Origin: Anolis carolinensis
Taxonomy: Eukaryota
Length of the DNA: 64,000 nt
Assembly: GCF_035594765.1 (NCBI RefSeq)
Contig: NC_085843.1
Span: 95,209,971-95,273,970 of the forward strand
Reading direction: 5' to 3'
A program made the position numbers and the translations under genes. The notes below the pieces were generated by a model, which had not been told where the DNA came from, searched no databases, and was given only the letters and a program-made list of their open reading frames with translations. Positions 49,026 through 61,309 of this stretch are shown in pieces; positions within the stretch are counted from its first letter, which is position 1, and the number at the start of each line of letters is the position of its first letter.

Positions 49026-50609
49026 CTATTAAAAATTAGAAAAAAATAGAGCAAAATAGTATCAGCTTCACTGTATTCTGGAATCCTTTCCCTTTTTACC
49101 TTTCTGACTTAAAAATTACAGTAAAGAAAATCCTGCATCCATTAATAATCTAAAAATGCTAATATCATTTGAAGATGCATTCTCTAAAGCAGTTTGGATA
49201 ATTATTTGCAAGCCACCATAGTCAATACTTGAAAGGTGTCAATGTTGCTTTATTCCATCACAAACCTAATGTAAGATGCTAAAAATAATCTTCACGAGGA
49301 AGTCAAACATCCTTAAACCTGATTTATTCTCTCAAAAAGTGTGTGAATACATTCTCTAGACAGAATGTGTGCATGTATTAAACATGATCTTGTGTTTTAG
49401 AAGGTAATGTATATATGATGGGCAAGAAATATCAATAACAAAAAAAAATACAAATGACATTTAAAGAGCAATGGAGGGGACATACTTCATCCTTCAGAAT
49501 CAGAAAATGCCCAGTAAACACACAAGTCTTGGTCTGACAGGAAAAAGCACAATGTGAAAACTACCTGTGACAGGGAGCCAATAAGAACTGAAATTAATCC
49601 ACACATTTGCTTTTTGGATGGAAAATGGATAATTAATTCATTAGGCTGCATTCCAAAGATAGCATTTATCTTCTCAGAGCCACTTCAATCATGAACAAAT
49701 TTCTGCTTGGCAGCACTGCTATGCTGTTTATAATTTTTGCAGCTAATAATAGTAATAATAATAAAATACTAATAAAAATCATTTTGAAGAGGCAGTGCAA
49801 TATCTACCAAAAATAAAACTGCAACCGGGAAATACTTGCTATTCCCACAATTTTTCTTATCACAGGTCTATATAGAAGCAGTTGTTTTTTTTTGTTTTTG
49901 TTTTTTTTTAAAAAAAAAACACAGAACAATTACTTCAGCTCAATAGAGTTTCAGATTGCACTTTTGAGTTCTCAGGTAGAAGCGTGAGAAGATAACTTAA
50001 AAAACCCTCTCATGAGCATGTGGGGGAAAACACTAGTATCACCAGTAGCCATTATGATAGGAGAGTTCTGGGCCAAACATTTTAACTGTTTAAGGCTGTG
50101 TTTGTAAACTACTGTATAAACTAAAAACAACTCCCCAAAGGTTACACTATAGCTTTATTTATTAACTTTATTTAATTATACCCCATCTATATCCCAAAAT
50201 GAAACCCAAAAGTAGCAAACAAACTGAAGAATGTGTTTGCTTCAATGTGTACTAATGTCCTTGAAGGAGCTGGGGGCGGCAACGGCCGACAGGGAGCTCT
50301 GGCGTGGACTGGTCCATGAGGTCACGAAGAGTCGAAAATGACTGAAAGAGTGAGACGATGACGTACTAATGTGTAAGAGTTGTTTAATCTGTTGAAGAGC
50401 TGGATCCACCTGACCAAAGCACTTTTATAAGAATGGCCAGAATGGAAATGATTCCTTTCCCCCTACAACATCAAATCAGTTCTAGAATATTTCTGGATCA
50501 CATTTTTGGGCAGCATGGAGAGTTGCAAGAAAGAAGAAGAAAAGCAGAAAATTATGTTGTATTCTTTGACTATTTCAAAGCTTGATTTAAATGGAAGGTT
50601 TTAATAATG

Positions 50610-51258
50610 GCTGAGTCTCTTTTATCCAAAATGCTTGGGAGTGGTTTGGATTTTTTTCAGATTTTGGAATACCTGTATTCAACATATACATACTTATTGA
50701 GATATTTTAGAGATGGAACACTAGTCCAAACACCAAATTCATTTATGTTCCATATACACTTTATACACATTGCGCTGAAAGTAATTTTATACATAATACA
50801 ATTAATGATTTTGTGTATGCCTTTAACCATCAGAGGAGCCCCGGTGGCGAAGTGTGTTAAATCACTGAGCTGCTGAACTTGCAGACTGAAAAGCCCCAGG
50901 TTCAAATCCCGGGAGCAGAGTGAGCGCCCACTGTTAGCTCCAGCTTCTGCCAACCTAGCAGTTCGAAAACATGCCAATGTGAGTAGATCAATAGGTACCG
51001 CTCCGGCAGAAGGTAACGGCACTCCATGCAGTCATGCCGGCCACATGACCTTGGAGGTGTCTATGGACAACGCCGGCTCTTCGGCTTAGAAATGGAGATG
51101 AGCACCAACCCCCAGAGTCAGACATGACTGGACTTAACGTCAGGGAAAACCTTTACCTTTTAACCATCAGAAAGTAAAGGTGCCACTATCTTAGCCACGC
51201 ATGTGAACAATTCCATAGTTAGGAGGATTTCAAATTTTCAGATAAGGGATGCTCAATC
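50610..51258. mobile_element. Tigger4/MER46-like DNA element hosting the Sauria SINE
   Basis: gagtctcttttatccaaaatgc ... cagataagggatgctcaa inverted ends. Confidence 0.6.
50835..51158 (+). mobile_element. Sauria SINE, full length
   Basis: tRNA-like head, typical body, ACCTTT tail; 13-bp TSD tttaaccatcaga (50822-50834, 51159-51171). Confidence 0.92.
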
Positions 51259-51321
51259 ATAGTAGAATAAATTTTCAGAATTCTGGTGGGTAGGATCGTA
51301 AGGAGGATTGTAAGTAGGATC

Positions 51322-53937
51322 GGGGCCCGCTCATCAGGCGGGGCACACACTCGATCTAGTCTTTGTGGCAGACGGTGGTTTGGTTGGAGTGGAAGTCCAA
51401 AACATTCTTCCATTGTCATAGTCTGACCATCATCTGATCAGTTTAAGACTAACCGTGACTTCCAACCTTCGCAGGGGTGGTGGACCGATTAAGATGGTCC
51501 GCCCCAGGGGACTAATGGATCCGGATGGCTTCGAGGTCTCTTGGGGATCTTCCTGTCATGGAGGCTGATGTTCCTGTCGACGCCCTGATGGATCGCTATA
51601 ATGGCAAGATGCTCAGGGCATTAGACACGATCGCCCCTGAGCGTCCACTTTCGTTGCGTAGAGTTACGTCAGCTCCTTGGTTCTCTGAGGAGCTGGCTGT
51701 GATGAAACCCAAGAGAAGAGGACTAGAGTGCCACTGGAGGAGAACTCGTGACGTCTCCGACTGAGCACAGGGTAGAGGCCTATTAAGGCCTACTCCATGG
51801 CTTTGCGGGCAGCCAGGAAGACTTTCACGACTGCCCGCATAGCGTCTGCAACTATTAGATGGTCAAAGTTGTTCTGGGTTGTCGGGGAGCTCCTGCACCC
51901 CCCTGAGGTGGGGGACCTCTCTGAGGACTCGGCAACTCGGTGCAGCGAGTTCGTGCACCATTTTGCCAACAAAGTCACTTGGATACGTTCCGACTTGGAT
52001 TCCAGTTTAAATGCAATGCCAGGGGAGGTAACCGAGGCACCTGTCTGTCAGATTTTGTGGGATTCGTTCCAGCTTGTTTGCCCTGAAGACGTAGACGGGA
52101 TCCTTGGGGCTGTGAGGATGACCATTTGTGCTCTGGACCCTCGCCCTTCCTGGTTGGTCAAACTGGCCAATGGCGGGCTGGTTGATTGGTTTGTGGCTAT
52201 CATAAATACCTTGCTGATCCAAGGGATATTCCCAATATGCTTTAAACAGGCTATAGTAAGACCGATACTGAAAAGGACCTCCCTTGACTCTTCAGTTTTG
52301 GGTAACTACAGACCAATTTCTAACCTCCTGTTTTTGGGCAAGGTACTAGAGCAGATGGTCGCCTCCCAGCTCCAGGGATATCTAGAGGACACCAACTTCT
52401 TTGACCAGTCACAGTCTGGCTTCAGGCCTGGGCACAGTACCGAGACGGCTTTGGTCGCCTTGGTGGATGACCTCAGCAGGGAACTGGACAGGGGGAGAGT
52501 GACCCTGCTGGTTCTCTTGGACATCTCAGCGTCTTTCGTTACCATCAACCATGGTATCCTTCTGGGACGGCTCTCCAGGATGGGCCTTGGGGGTACTGCT
52601 TTGCAGTGGCTCTAGTCCTTCCTGGAGGGCCGCTCCCAGATGGTGAAGCTGGGGGACACCTGCTTGGACCCCTGGCCATTGTCCTGTGGGGACCCACAAG
52701 GTTCTATTCTGTCCCGCATGCTTTTTAACATCTACATGAAACCACTGGGTGAGGTCATCTGGAGTTTTGGAGTTCAGTGCCATTTCTACGCAGATGACAC
52801 TCAACTCTACTACTCTTTTCCACCAAAATCCAAGGAAGCCCCTCGGATTCTGGACCAGTGCCTGGCTGCTGTGCTGGGCTGGATGAAAAAGAACAAGCTG
52901 AAGCTTAATCCTGACAAGACAGAGGTCCTCCAGGTCAGTCGCTCGGACGATCGGGGCATAGGGTGGCAACCTGTGCCTGACGGGGTCGCATTCCCCCTGA
53001 AAGCGCAGGTCCGCAGTTTGGGGGTCTGCCTGGACTCATTGCTGATGCTTGATGCTCAGGTGTTGGCAGTGGCCGGGAGGGCCTTGTGCGCCAGCTGCGA
53101 CCATACCTTGTGAAGTCTGACTTGGCCATGGTGGTCCATGCCTTAGTTACCTCCAGGATGGATTACTGCAATGCTCTCTACATGGGCTGCCCTTGAAGAT
53201 GGCCCGGAAATTACAACTAGTCCAACGATCGGCAGCCAGACTGCTAACTGGAGCAACTTACAGGGAGCAGTCAACCCCTGTTTAAGGAGCTCCATTGGCT
53301 GCTGTTCACTTTCCAGTTCCTTTCCAGGTACTCACTTACAAAGCCCTGAATGGCTTGGGACCCGTCTACCTTTGCGACCGCCTTTCCCCCTATGAGCCTG
53401 CACAATCTCTTAGATCCTCAGGGGAGGCCCTCCTCTCATTCCCTTCACTATCGCAGGCTCGGCTTGCTGGAACGAGGAAGAGGGCCTTCTCTGTAGTGGC
53501 CCCCCAGCTTTGGAATTCCCTCCCTAGGGAGATTAGATTGGCCCCAACCCTGTCTGCCTTTATCAAACAGCTGAAGACATGGCTATTTCAGTGTGCATTT
53601 GAACAATCACCAACATGATAGACCCATTTACCGAGACATTACTTCTTAACACTTTACTTCCTTCCTACCTTACCCTATCCCATATTACCCCGTTAACTCT
53701 CTGACACTTGATAAGGCACTTTATTAAAAACTTTTGATATTTTTTTTATATGCTCGACTCTTTTTATTTTTAGTGGTTGATGTTGTATCATTACCCATTT
53801 TTTCTGGTTTTATGGGTTTTACTTTATTTAAAATGTTAAATTATTTATTTTATTTGATTGATGTTATCATTGTTTTTGTTTTTATATCCATTGTAATTGT
53901 TTTATTCTGCTTTTGTTTTGGGCATTGGGCAATAAAG

Positions 53938-53988
<51 letters not shown>

Positions 53989-53990
53989 TA
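51322..53990 (+). mobile_element. 5'-truncated, degenerate L2 LINE (different subfamily) ending in (AAT)n
   Basis: AGHTLDLVF, YADD, KLKLNPDKTEVL across frameshifted ORFs; (AAT)n at 53940-53988. Confidence 0.92.
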
Positions 53991-54126
53991 TTATTATTAT
54001 TAACAGCTTTGCCAACCTTTCAGCAACAACCTTCATTCGGCTGAGTCCAAAAGCATTGGATTGAAGAGAGTGACAATACCAGCTCACTATACTGGAAATA
54101 ACCAAGATAAACAGCCAGTAAATCAC

Positions 54127-54238
54127 CTTGGTTGTTGATGTTATTACTGTTTTCCCACTCATGTACTGACTGCCTTGATTTCCTGGAGTGCAAAATATCT
54201 TGAACACAATAAAAGGGGGGAAAACAGACCCAGCAAAT
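54127..54238 (-). CDS. CXorf58: CXorf58 orthologue exon 4 (FAGSVFPPFIVFKIF…TSTTK)
   Basis: 112 nt, cag/gtgatt sites; FPPFIVFKIF motif. Confidence 0.93.
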
Positions 54239-54579
54239 CTGAAGGGAGGAAAAACACCAAGAGGTAAGATGACAGAACAGCTTATTTTTCATATTCAGCC
54301 ATGGGTAAGACCATTTTCATTTCTTTTGAATTTAAAAAATGTGTTTTGCAACTGTCTTAAATATTCAATTGAAGTCTAAAGTAAAAAAGACAACCAAAAC
54401 AATTACATCCTAAAATCCAAATGCAGTGTAAAAATACGTCCCCAGGCATTAAATGTGTTGGATTTCTATATTATAACTTCAGTCCAGAATGAATATGCAA
54501 ATTCAAGCTATATGACAGATCAATAATGAATGAAGATAAGACAATACTGAACAAAAATCACCTTGAATATCAATGTTAC

Positions 54580-54674
54580 CTGAATCGGACTTTATACTGA
54601 ATAGTAGGTTCTTTAAGAAGTTCGGCCTCTAAAGGACTCACTCTTTTCAAAATCTCATGGCTAATGCAGTGCTC
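54580..54674 (-). CDS. CXorf58: CXorf58 orthologue exon 3 (EHCISHEILKRVSPLEAELLKEPTIQYKVRFR)
   Basis: 95 nt, cag/gtaaca sites; matches recalled human HEILKKVAPLEAKLIKDP. Confidence 0.93.
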
Positions 54675-55382
54675 CTGAAATAAATAGTTTTTGCTCAATT
54701 AAAATGTAGTATGTTTTGTTTTTATCATAATTTTTATTGTTGTATTACTAGGAAATCCGAATGCTGAGTTTGTATAGCTTTATAGCAAAATGAAGCTATT
54801 GGGTTACAGGAGAAAGATATCAGCATGTTCAGGTTAACTTCAAATTTGCAAAAAAAAAAAATAGAAATAATGTTCAGGGTAGAAAGAACAGGTTTTAAAC
54901 CAAACAAATCCTGCTATCTTCAGACAGTTCCAACCCACTACTACTCTCTTGAGGGTTGGAAGTTTCACTTTTGTCAGGAAAGGAAGATTATGAAAATCAC
55001 AATCCCTTGCGGGTGTTGGGCCTGGGAATGATGAAATATGAAATAATAGCAACAGGTAGTGGAATACTTTTTAGCTGCTTTCATTGGCACAACATCTATG
55101 CCCAAGTCATTCCTGCAATACACATGTTCAGGGTAGTTTGGTAAAATACATACTATGTGGGATTGTCTTTGAAGATGGCTTGGAAACTTCAGTTGGTGCA
55201 AAATACATCTCATCCTTTATTATCTGATATTTTATTTTTCAGCTTCAATTTAAGAAGCTAATTTTCATGTTTAAAGCTGTCCTATTTTTCAAGTACAGTA
55301 CCTCAATATTAAATCATCCCACCCAGATGAATTAACTTGGTACTATGCTTCATTTCTGAGTTCAATTTCCACATGTCAAGTA

Positions 55383-55661
55383 AGCCCCTGGTTGCATAGT
55401 GGGTTAAAGCCTTGTGACTTGAAGGTTGGGGTTGCTGACCTGAAGGCTGCCAGGTTCGAATCCAACCCGGGGAGAGCACAGATGAGCTCCTTCTATCAGC
55501 TCCAGCTCCATGCTGGGACATGAGAGAAGCCTCCCACAAGGATGGTAAAAACATCAAAAACATCTGGCCGTCCCGTGGGCAACGTCCTTGCAGACGGGCA
55601 ATTCTCTCACACCAGAAGCGACTTGCAGTTTCCCAAGTCGTTCCTGACATGAAAAAAAAAA
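55383..55661 (+). mobile_element. tRNA-derived poly(A) SINE
   Basis: B box ggttcgaatcc, A tail, family homology. Confidence 0.85.
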
Positions 55662-56428
55662 GCCCAGAAAATAGCATCTTTTTGGTAGTGGGCCTCAACG
55701 TTTCACTGAACCAGCCTTTCTAGCCCTAATATTGGTAATCTCAGGGCCTTGTATACTGCTTTCAAATCATGATTACCTGCTACTGTTTTTGATTTCTTCT
55801 TCAGATTAGTATAGTCATGTTGATTACATCGCACTCTTACTGATCTTGGTTTCAGTTATCTATTTCAATTATAGTTTTTATTTTAAAAAGTAGAATACTA
55901 ATATTTGAAATTAATCGGGTAACTACAAAAAAACTATAAGAAAGTTAAAAAAAACCTAGGGCACCGAAGTTTGGAGTTTGAGTGAACTATGATATAATAT
56001 TGGTATTGCGTTTTTCATCATGTGCTTCTCTGCCTTCCACAGAAATTCATCTTTCTGGCAGTAATATCTATTTCTGGCACAACAATTCTATTGCTTCTCA
56101 AAAAATTCAGGATGCAGTCGACGCCTGGCAAACTCTCTGGGTTATTGTTTTTTGCTGCCAAAGAACAGCCACAAACTGAGGGCAACACACATGCACAGTC
56201 CTAAGTTCCAGCTAGTTTTATAGTATTCATACATATATTATCAGACATTGAAAGCAACAAAAACCCAAACACCATTTTCTGCTTAGTATAGGAGGTATTC
56301 CTGTTCTCAGTCCCCAGCCTAATTTTCATACTCAGTGCATCTGCAAAACAGAAGGCCGACTTTGAAAACAGTGAGAGTGATAAGAAAAAGTCAGATCTAG
56401 TCAGACATCACGAAGTATAAGAACCTAC

Positions 56429-56528
56429 TGCCGCACGAATGGTGTGTTTCAGAAGTTTAAACAGTCTTTTCCTTATGTGAGTCCACCAGAATCTCTGAAT
56501 AAGTTTAACTGCTTGCTCTTCTGCAATC
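56429..56528 (-). CDS. CXorf58: CXorf58 orthologue exon 2 (IAEEQAVKLIQRFWWTHIRKRLFKLLKHTIRAA; IQ-like)
   Basis: 100 nt, cag/gtaggt sites; resembles recalled human IIQRAW…FRLLKHAICAA. Confidence 0.9.
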
Positions 56529-57499
56529 CTGATGAGGGGAAAGCAATACATACATTATATTGGTGTTGTGTTAGGTTTCTAGTTGAAAAAACACATACAT
56601 AACAATTACCTGAACAAAAACATTTATGCTCACGGAGACTTGTAGACTGTACTCTAGTCACTACAGAATCAGCAATCTATTCACAAGCTTGGCATATCCA
56701 TCTTGTAGAGTCCTGCTGCCTAAGACTGGATCTACACTTCCATATAATAAAATTTTGAACTGCATTATATGTTCAATGTAGACACATATATTATGCAATT
56801 CTACGTTGACCAGTTCCAAACTGTAGTGTAGAACCAGCCCTAAAAGTATGGCTGTAAGCTGATTATCTCTATTTCAATAGATATGTGGACAGTCTCTAAG
56901 CCAAGATGACAGATTCAAAGTTGTCCTAGTCAAAGTGGGCTGGCCCTGACATTTGGGACTTGTTTGATAGGCTTTTTAATACTTCCCTTTCATAAATAGG
57001 AAGAATATGGGAAGGTGCTTCAAAGAAATCATTGTTCCGCTTATATATATGGCGAGAAGCAGTAGCAAATATCCCATCCACTGTGCAACTATTTGAAGGA
57101 ACTTTGGAACTTCATCGCCACTGCTATGACAGTGACAAAATGGCAACTACAAGAGTTAATATCTGGCAGCACTGAACCGGGCGCATCTGGATGCTGTGGA
57201 CAGCCTCCTGCTACTTGCAGTGGAATAGAGACTCGGCAGGGTAGATAGCCCAGGGAGATGCGCCCTTCAAGCTCCATGGCAGATTTCTGTGATTTCATCC
57301 TTTTTGTTAGAAGATAGCTGACATAGAGACTTTTCCACCCGCATTTATATTGCTACATAAGATGTGGAGATTGTACTTACACGGTCCGAAATCATTCTAT
57401 GCATCTCAGGCAATGGTTTTTTGTTTTTTTTGTTTGTTGTAAATTTTGATTTATATGTACGGTCTTTATTTTAAAAAAAATCCTCTTTGGTCTCATCTA

Positions 57500-58601
57500 T
57501 TTTGTTGTTGTTCATTCGTTCAGTCGCTTCTGACTCTTCGTGACCTGATGGACCAGCCCATGCCAGAGCTCTCTGTCAGCCGTCCCTATCCCCAGCTCCT
57601 TCAAGATCAAGCCAGTCACTTCAAGGTTACCATCTATCCATCTTGCCCTTGGTCGGCCCCTTTTCCTTTTTCCTTCCATTTTCCCCAGCATCATTCTCTT
57701 CTCCAAGCTTTCCTGTCTTCTCATTATGTGGCCAAAGTACTTCATGTTTGCCTCTAATATCCTTCCAGTGAGCAGCCGGGCATTATTTCCTGGAGTATGG
57801 ACTGGTTTGATCTTGCGATCCAAGGCACTCTTAGAATTTTCCTTCAACACCACAGTTTAAAAGCGTCATTCTTCCTTCGCTCAGCCTTCTTTATGGTCCA
57901 GCTTTCACATCTATAGGTTACTATGAGGAATACCACTGCTTTAATTATGCAGGTCTTCATTGCCAGTGTGATGTCTCTATTCTTCACTATTTTATTGAGG
58001 TTGGTCATTGCTCTCCTCGCAAGAAGTAAACATCTACTAATTTCCTGGCCGTAGTCTGCATCTGCAGTAATCTTTGTGCTGACAAATACAAAGTCTGTCG
58101 CTGCCTCCACGTTTCCCCCCTCTATTTGCCAGTTATCAATCAGTCTGGTTGCCATAATCTTGGTTTCTTTTGATGTTTAACTGCAACCCAGCTTTTGCAG
58201 TTTCTTCTTTCACCTTGGTTATAAGGCTCCTTAGTTCCTACCTGCTTTCAGCCATCAAAGTGGTATCATCTGCATATCTAAGGTTGTTAATGTTTCTTCC
58301 AGCAATTTTAACTCCAGCCTTGGATTCATCAAGCCCCGCACGTCGCATGATGTGTTCTGCGTACAAGTTAAATACGTTGGGTGAGAGTATACAGCCCTGC
58401 CCTACTCCTTTCCCAATCTTGAACCATTCTGTTGTTCCATGGTCTTGCTACTTGGTTGTTATACAGATTCCTCAAGAGACAGACAAGGTGGCTTGGAATC
58501 CCCATACCACCAGAAACTTGTCACAATTAATTTTGATCCACACAGTCAAAGGCTTTAGAATAGTCAATAAAACAGAAATAGACGTTTTTCTGAAATTCCC
58601 T
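57500..58601 (-). mobile_element. RTE-BovB LINE, 5'-truncated
   Basis: FIDYSKAFDCVD and TYRCESWTIKKAERRK peptides; (caa)n-like tail. Confidence 0.92.
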
Positions 58602-58641
58602 GGAAAATGGAAAAAGGTAGGGAGTTTCAGAAAAACATCTG

Positions 58642-58956
58642 CAGTAGAGTCTCGCATATCCAATGTTTATGGGCCAGCAGAACGTTGGATAAGCAAAAAT
58701 GTTGGATATTAAGGAGGAATTAAGGAAAAGCCTATTGAACATCAAATTATTTTCTACTTTTACAAATTAAGCATCAAAACATCATGTTCTACAACAAATC
58801 AACAGAAAAAGCAGTTCAATACATGGTAATGTTTTGTAGTAACTACTGTATTTATGAATTTAGCACCAAGACATCACAATGTATTGAAAACATTTGACTA
58901 CAAAAACACTGACTGCGTTGGATAATACAAAACGTTGGATAAGCGAGACTCTACTG
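58642..58956. mobile_element. Tigger-like MITE copy 4, inside an inverted BovB segment
   Basis: Same TIR family; right TA intact, left reads TG. Confidence 0.88.
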
Positions 58957-59214
58957 TAATTCTGTTTTATTGACTATTCTAAAGCCTTCGACTGTGTGGA
59001 TCACAATAAATTGTGGCAAGTTGTTGGTGGTATGGGGATACCAAGTCACCTTGTCTGTCACCTGAGGAAGCTGTACAGTGGAGTTAAGCTGCATTTATTC
59101 TACAGTATAGATCCAGCTTGGGACGCTTCCTCTTGCTCTCTCATTCACACGGAGAAGCGAGAGTCCCTCTGCTCAGCTCGAGACCAGGCTTCCGGAATCA
59201 AGGGCCATGTTTAC

Positions 59215-59288
59215 CTCCGCCTCCGTTTGCCTAGTTCGTCTTCGTCGTCGTCTTCGTCAGGCAACACGATCCGAACATTGCTGAACAT
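59215..59288 (-). CDS. CXorf58: CXorf58 orthologue putative coding exon 1 (MFSNVRIVLPDEDDDEDELGKRRR)
   Basis: ATG in the CpG island, GAG/gtaaac donor, phase 2 fits exon 2; no homology support for this exon. Confidence 0.7.
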
Positions 59289-59503
59289 GCCTTCGCGCCC
59301 CGCCTCCTGGATGCCAGGCCTTGGGCTGCAGCAGCGTCTTCCCCTGGTTGCCTAGACACCAGGATGCGCCACTGGGCCGGAAATGACGCCAGGCCACTTC
59401 CGCCTGCGCTCTCCCCGCGGGATGTTTCAAAGGGCGCCCGTGTTTGACGTCATCGCCGCTGCGCCGTCATTCACAAGTGGTGCTGTCATTCACGAGCGGC
59501 GCT

Positions 59504-59512
59504 ATGTTCAAG
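59504..59512 (+). CDS. APOO: APOO (MIC26) first coding exon, MFK; downstream exons not found in the window
   Basis: gctATGTTCAAG/gtgaga; human APOO begins MFK and lies head-to-head with CXorf58 (recalled synteny); only 9 coding nt visible. Confidence 0.75.
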
Positions 59513-60650
59513 GTGAGAGAGTTTTCCCCGTCGTTCTGGTGAGGGAGAGAGCGGGAGCGGGAGTGGCAGGGCTGGCTTCCCCGCGGGGGAGTTCTGGCCG
59601 CCTTGGATAAGAGATCGCGGTCGGCTTTCTCTCTTTTCTTTGTAGTGTTGTCATGGAAACAGCGGAATTGAGTTTAAGGAAAGCGCGTGTAAAGGAGCTG
59701 CCATTGTTTTGAAAGCGCTAAAATAGCTCATTTGGCGGGAGAAAGAAATACTCTAAGCCAGGCATGGGCAAACTTGGGCCCTCCAGGAGTTTTGGACTTC
59801 AGCTTCCACCATTCCTAACATCCTCAGTCCCTTTCTTTTCCCCCTTCAGTTGTTTAAGCAAACACATATTTTCACTTTGATTATAGATAGGGATATAGAT
59901 ATAGACATAGATTAAATATCTCTGAGATAGAGCCCAAGTCTAAACTCGAAAGTCATTTGTCTCATCATACTGTCATATCAATCACAAGTGATAGCCTATG
60001 ATATGACTCATATACAATGCTTTAAAAATAATTTTGGTGTATGAAACAGTGTGTGTACATGGAGCCATCAGAACTCAAAGGCCGTTCTCGGCTCGCAGGC
60101 TTACAATCTTATTCAGACACGATACAAAAAGAAAAGGGGGCGGCAGTCTGGGTGGGGAATAGGGGCCAGTGAAGTGGCCTTTGGGACAAAAGACTGGCCC
60201 TTATATATTATATAGTAGCTGGGTTTCTGGATAAGGGATGTTCAACCAGTAATACCTTTTAAAGGCTATATCTGAATGTCATATGATTTGTATATATATG
60301 CATACAGACAAATGCGTCCAAACACACACGCACACATATAATATTGGGCAACACACATTTTGCTGCCTCAGTTGTTATCTCTAGTTCTGGGTATATTTGA
60401 CCTTCTAATTCCGAACATGACACCAGTTTCCTCTTATGAGCTCTTGTTTTTGAGATACAGAACATATGCCACCTACCAGTCGTCATTTTCTTACCCATAG
60501 AAAACCATGAAAACCATATCCAAGAAATTAGACATGATGCAGTCTATTAAATGTAATTTTCTGAATCAGCACCCAAAATAACTCCAGGTGCAAGCCTAAA
60601 AACTAATACACCACACATTTTTTGGTTTAGCTGTGGTAATCAGTTATTTA

Positions 60651-61309
60651 CAGACTGTTTCAAAATGATGGGCCCAATTTCAAAGCAGTATATTTCACAA
60701 TTGCAAGTTTTATTAACCATTTTGAACTAGAAACAAATCTAAAAATAATTCTACAAATGGAGATTATCTTATTAGGACTTAGGTTGTGGAATCGCCATCT
60801 TGCAAATGACAGGCTAGTGGCCATTTGTGTACTGGGAAAGGCATATACAGTGTTCCCTCACTACTTTGCGGTTCACTTTTCGTGGATTCGCTGTTTTGCG
60901 GTTTTTCAGTAAACTCTAAAAGACTATTATAAATCATAAAAATTACAATTTACAGCCTAAGGAAGGGAGGAAGGAGAAGCCAAAGGGAGAGAAAAGGAGC
61001 CCAAGTGGCAACGGGAGCAGAAGGAGGTGATTTATCAACACACAATTTGTTGATAAAGACTTAAAATAGTGTATAACTACTAAAATAATGTATAAATATT
61101 AAAGTACAGATAGCGTCCCTACTTCGTGGATTTTCACTTATTGCGGGTGGTCCTAGAACCTAACCTCCGTAATAAGTGAGGGAACATTGTAGTGGTAATT
61201 GGAAACTCTATGCCCACCCCTTCAAGTGGTAAGAGTTTCATTCAGGGGTGGTTTGTGGCTGCAGAAATACAACAATTTCAAATTGGGTCCATCTTTTTGA
61301 AACCCTTTG
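60651..61309. mobile_element. Mariner-like non-autonomous element (sister of 8573-9634)
   Basis: TIR-like ends with TA flanks; internal homology to the 8.6-kb copy. Confidence 0.75.
60848..61189. mobile_element. Tigger-like MITE nested in the previous element
   Basis: TIR cagtgttccctcact / agtgagggaacattg, TA TSD. Confidence 0.85.

Larger units (their letters stand above)
59150..59680. promoter_or_regulatory. Bidirectional CpG promoter shared by CXorf58 and APOO
   Basis: Divergent ATGs at 59288 and 59504; ETS ccggaa/cacttccg, CRE TGACGTCA 59445-59452, X-box-like GTTGTCATGGAAAC 59647-59660. Confidence 0.75.

Noticed and set aside
54840-56070. Several exon-like segments on minus between CXorf58 exons 2 and 3
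   Set aside because: Exons 2 and 3 already join in frame and match the recalled human protein; candidates have stops, phase conflicts or weak acceptors
57060-57300. Moderately GC-rich unique segment with a 69-aa minus ORF in CXorf58 intron 1
   Set aside because: No recognisable homology or convincing splice sites; may be regulatory but unsupported
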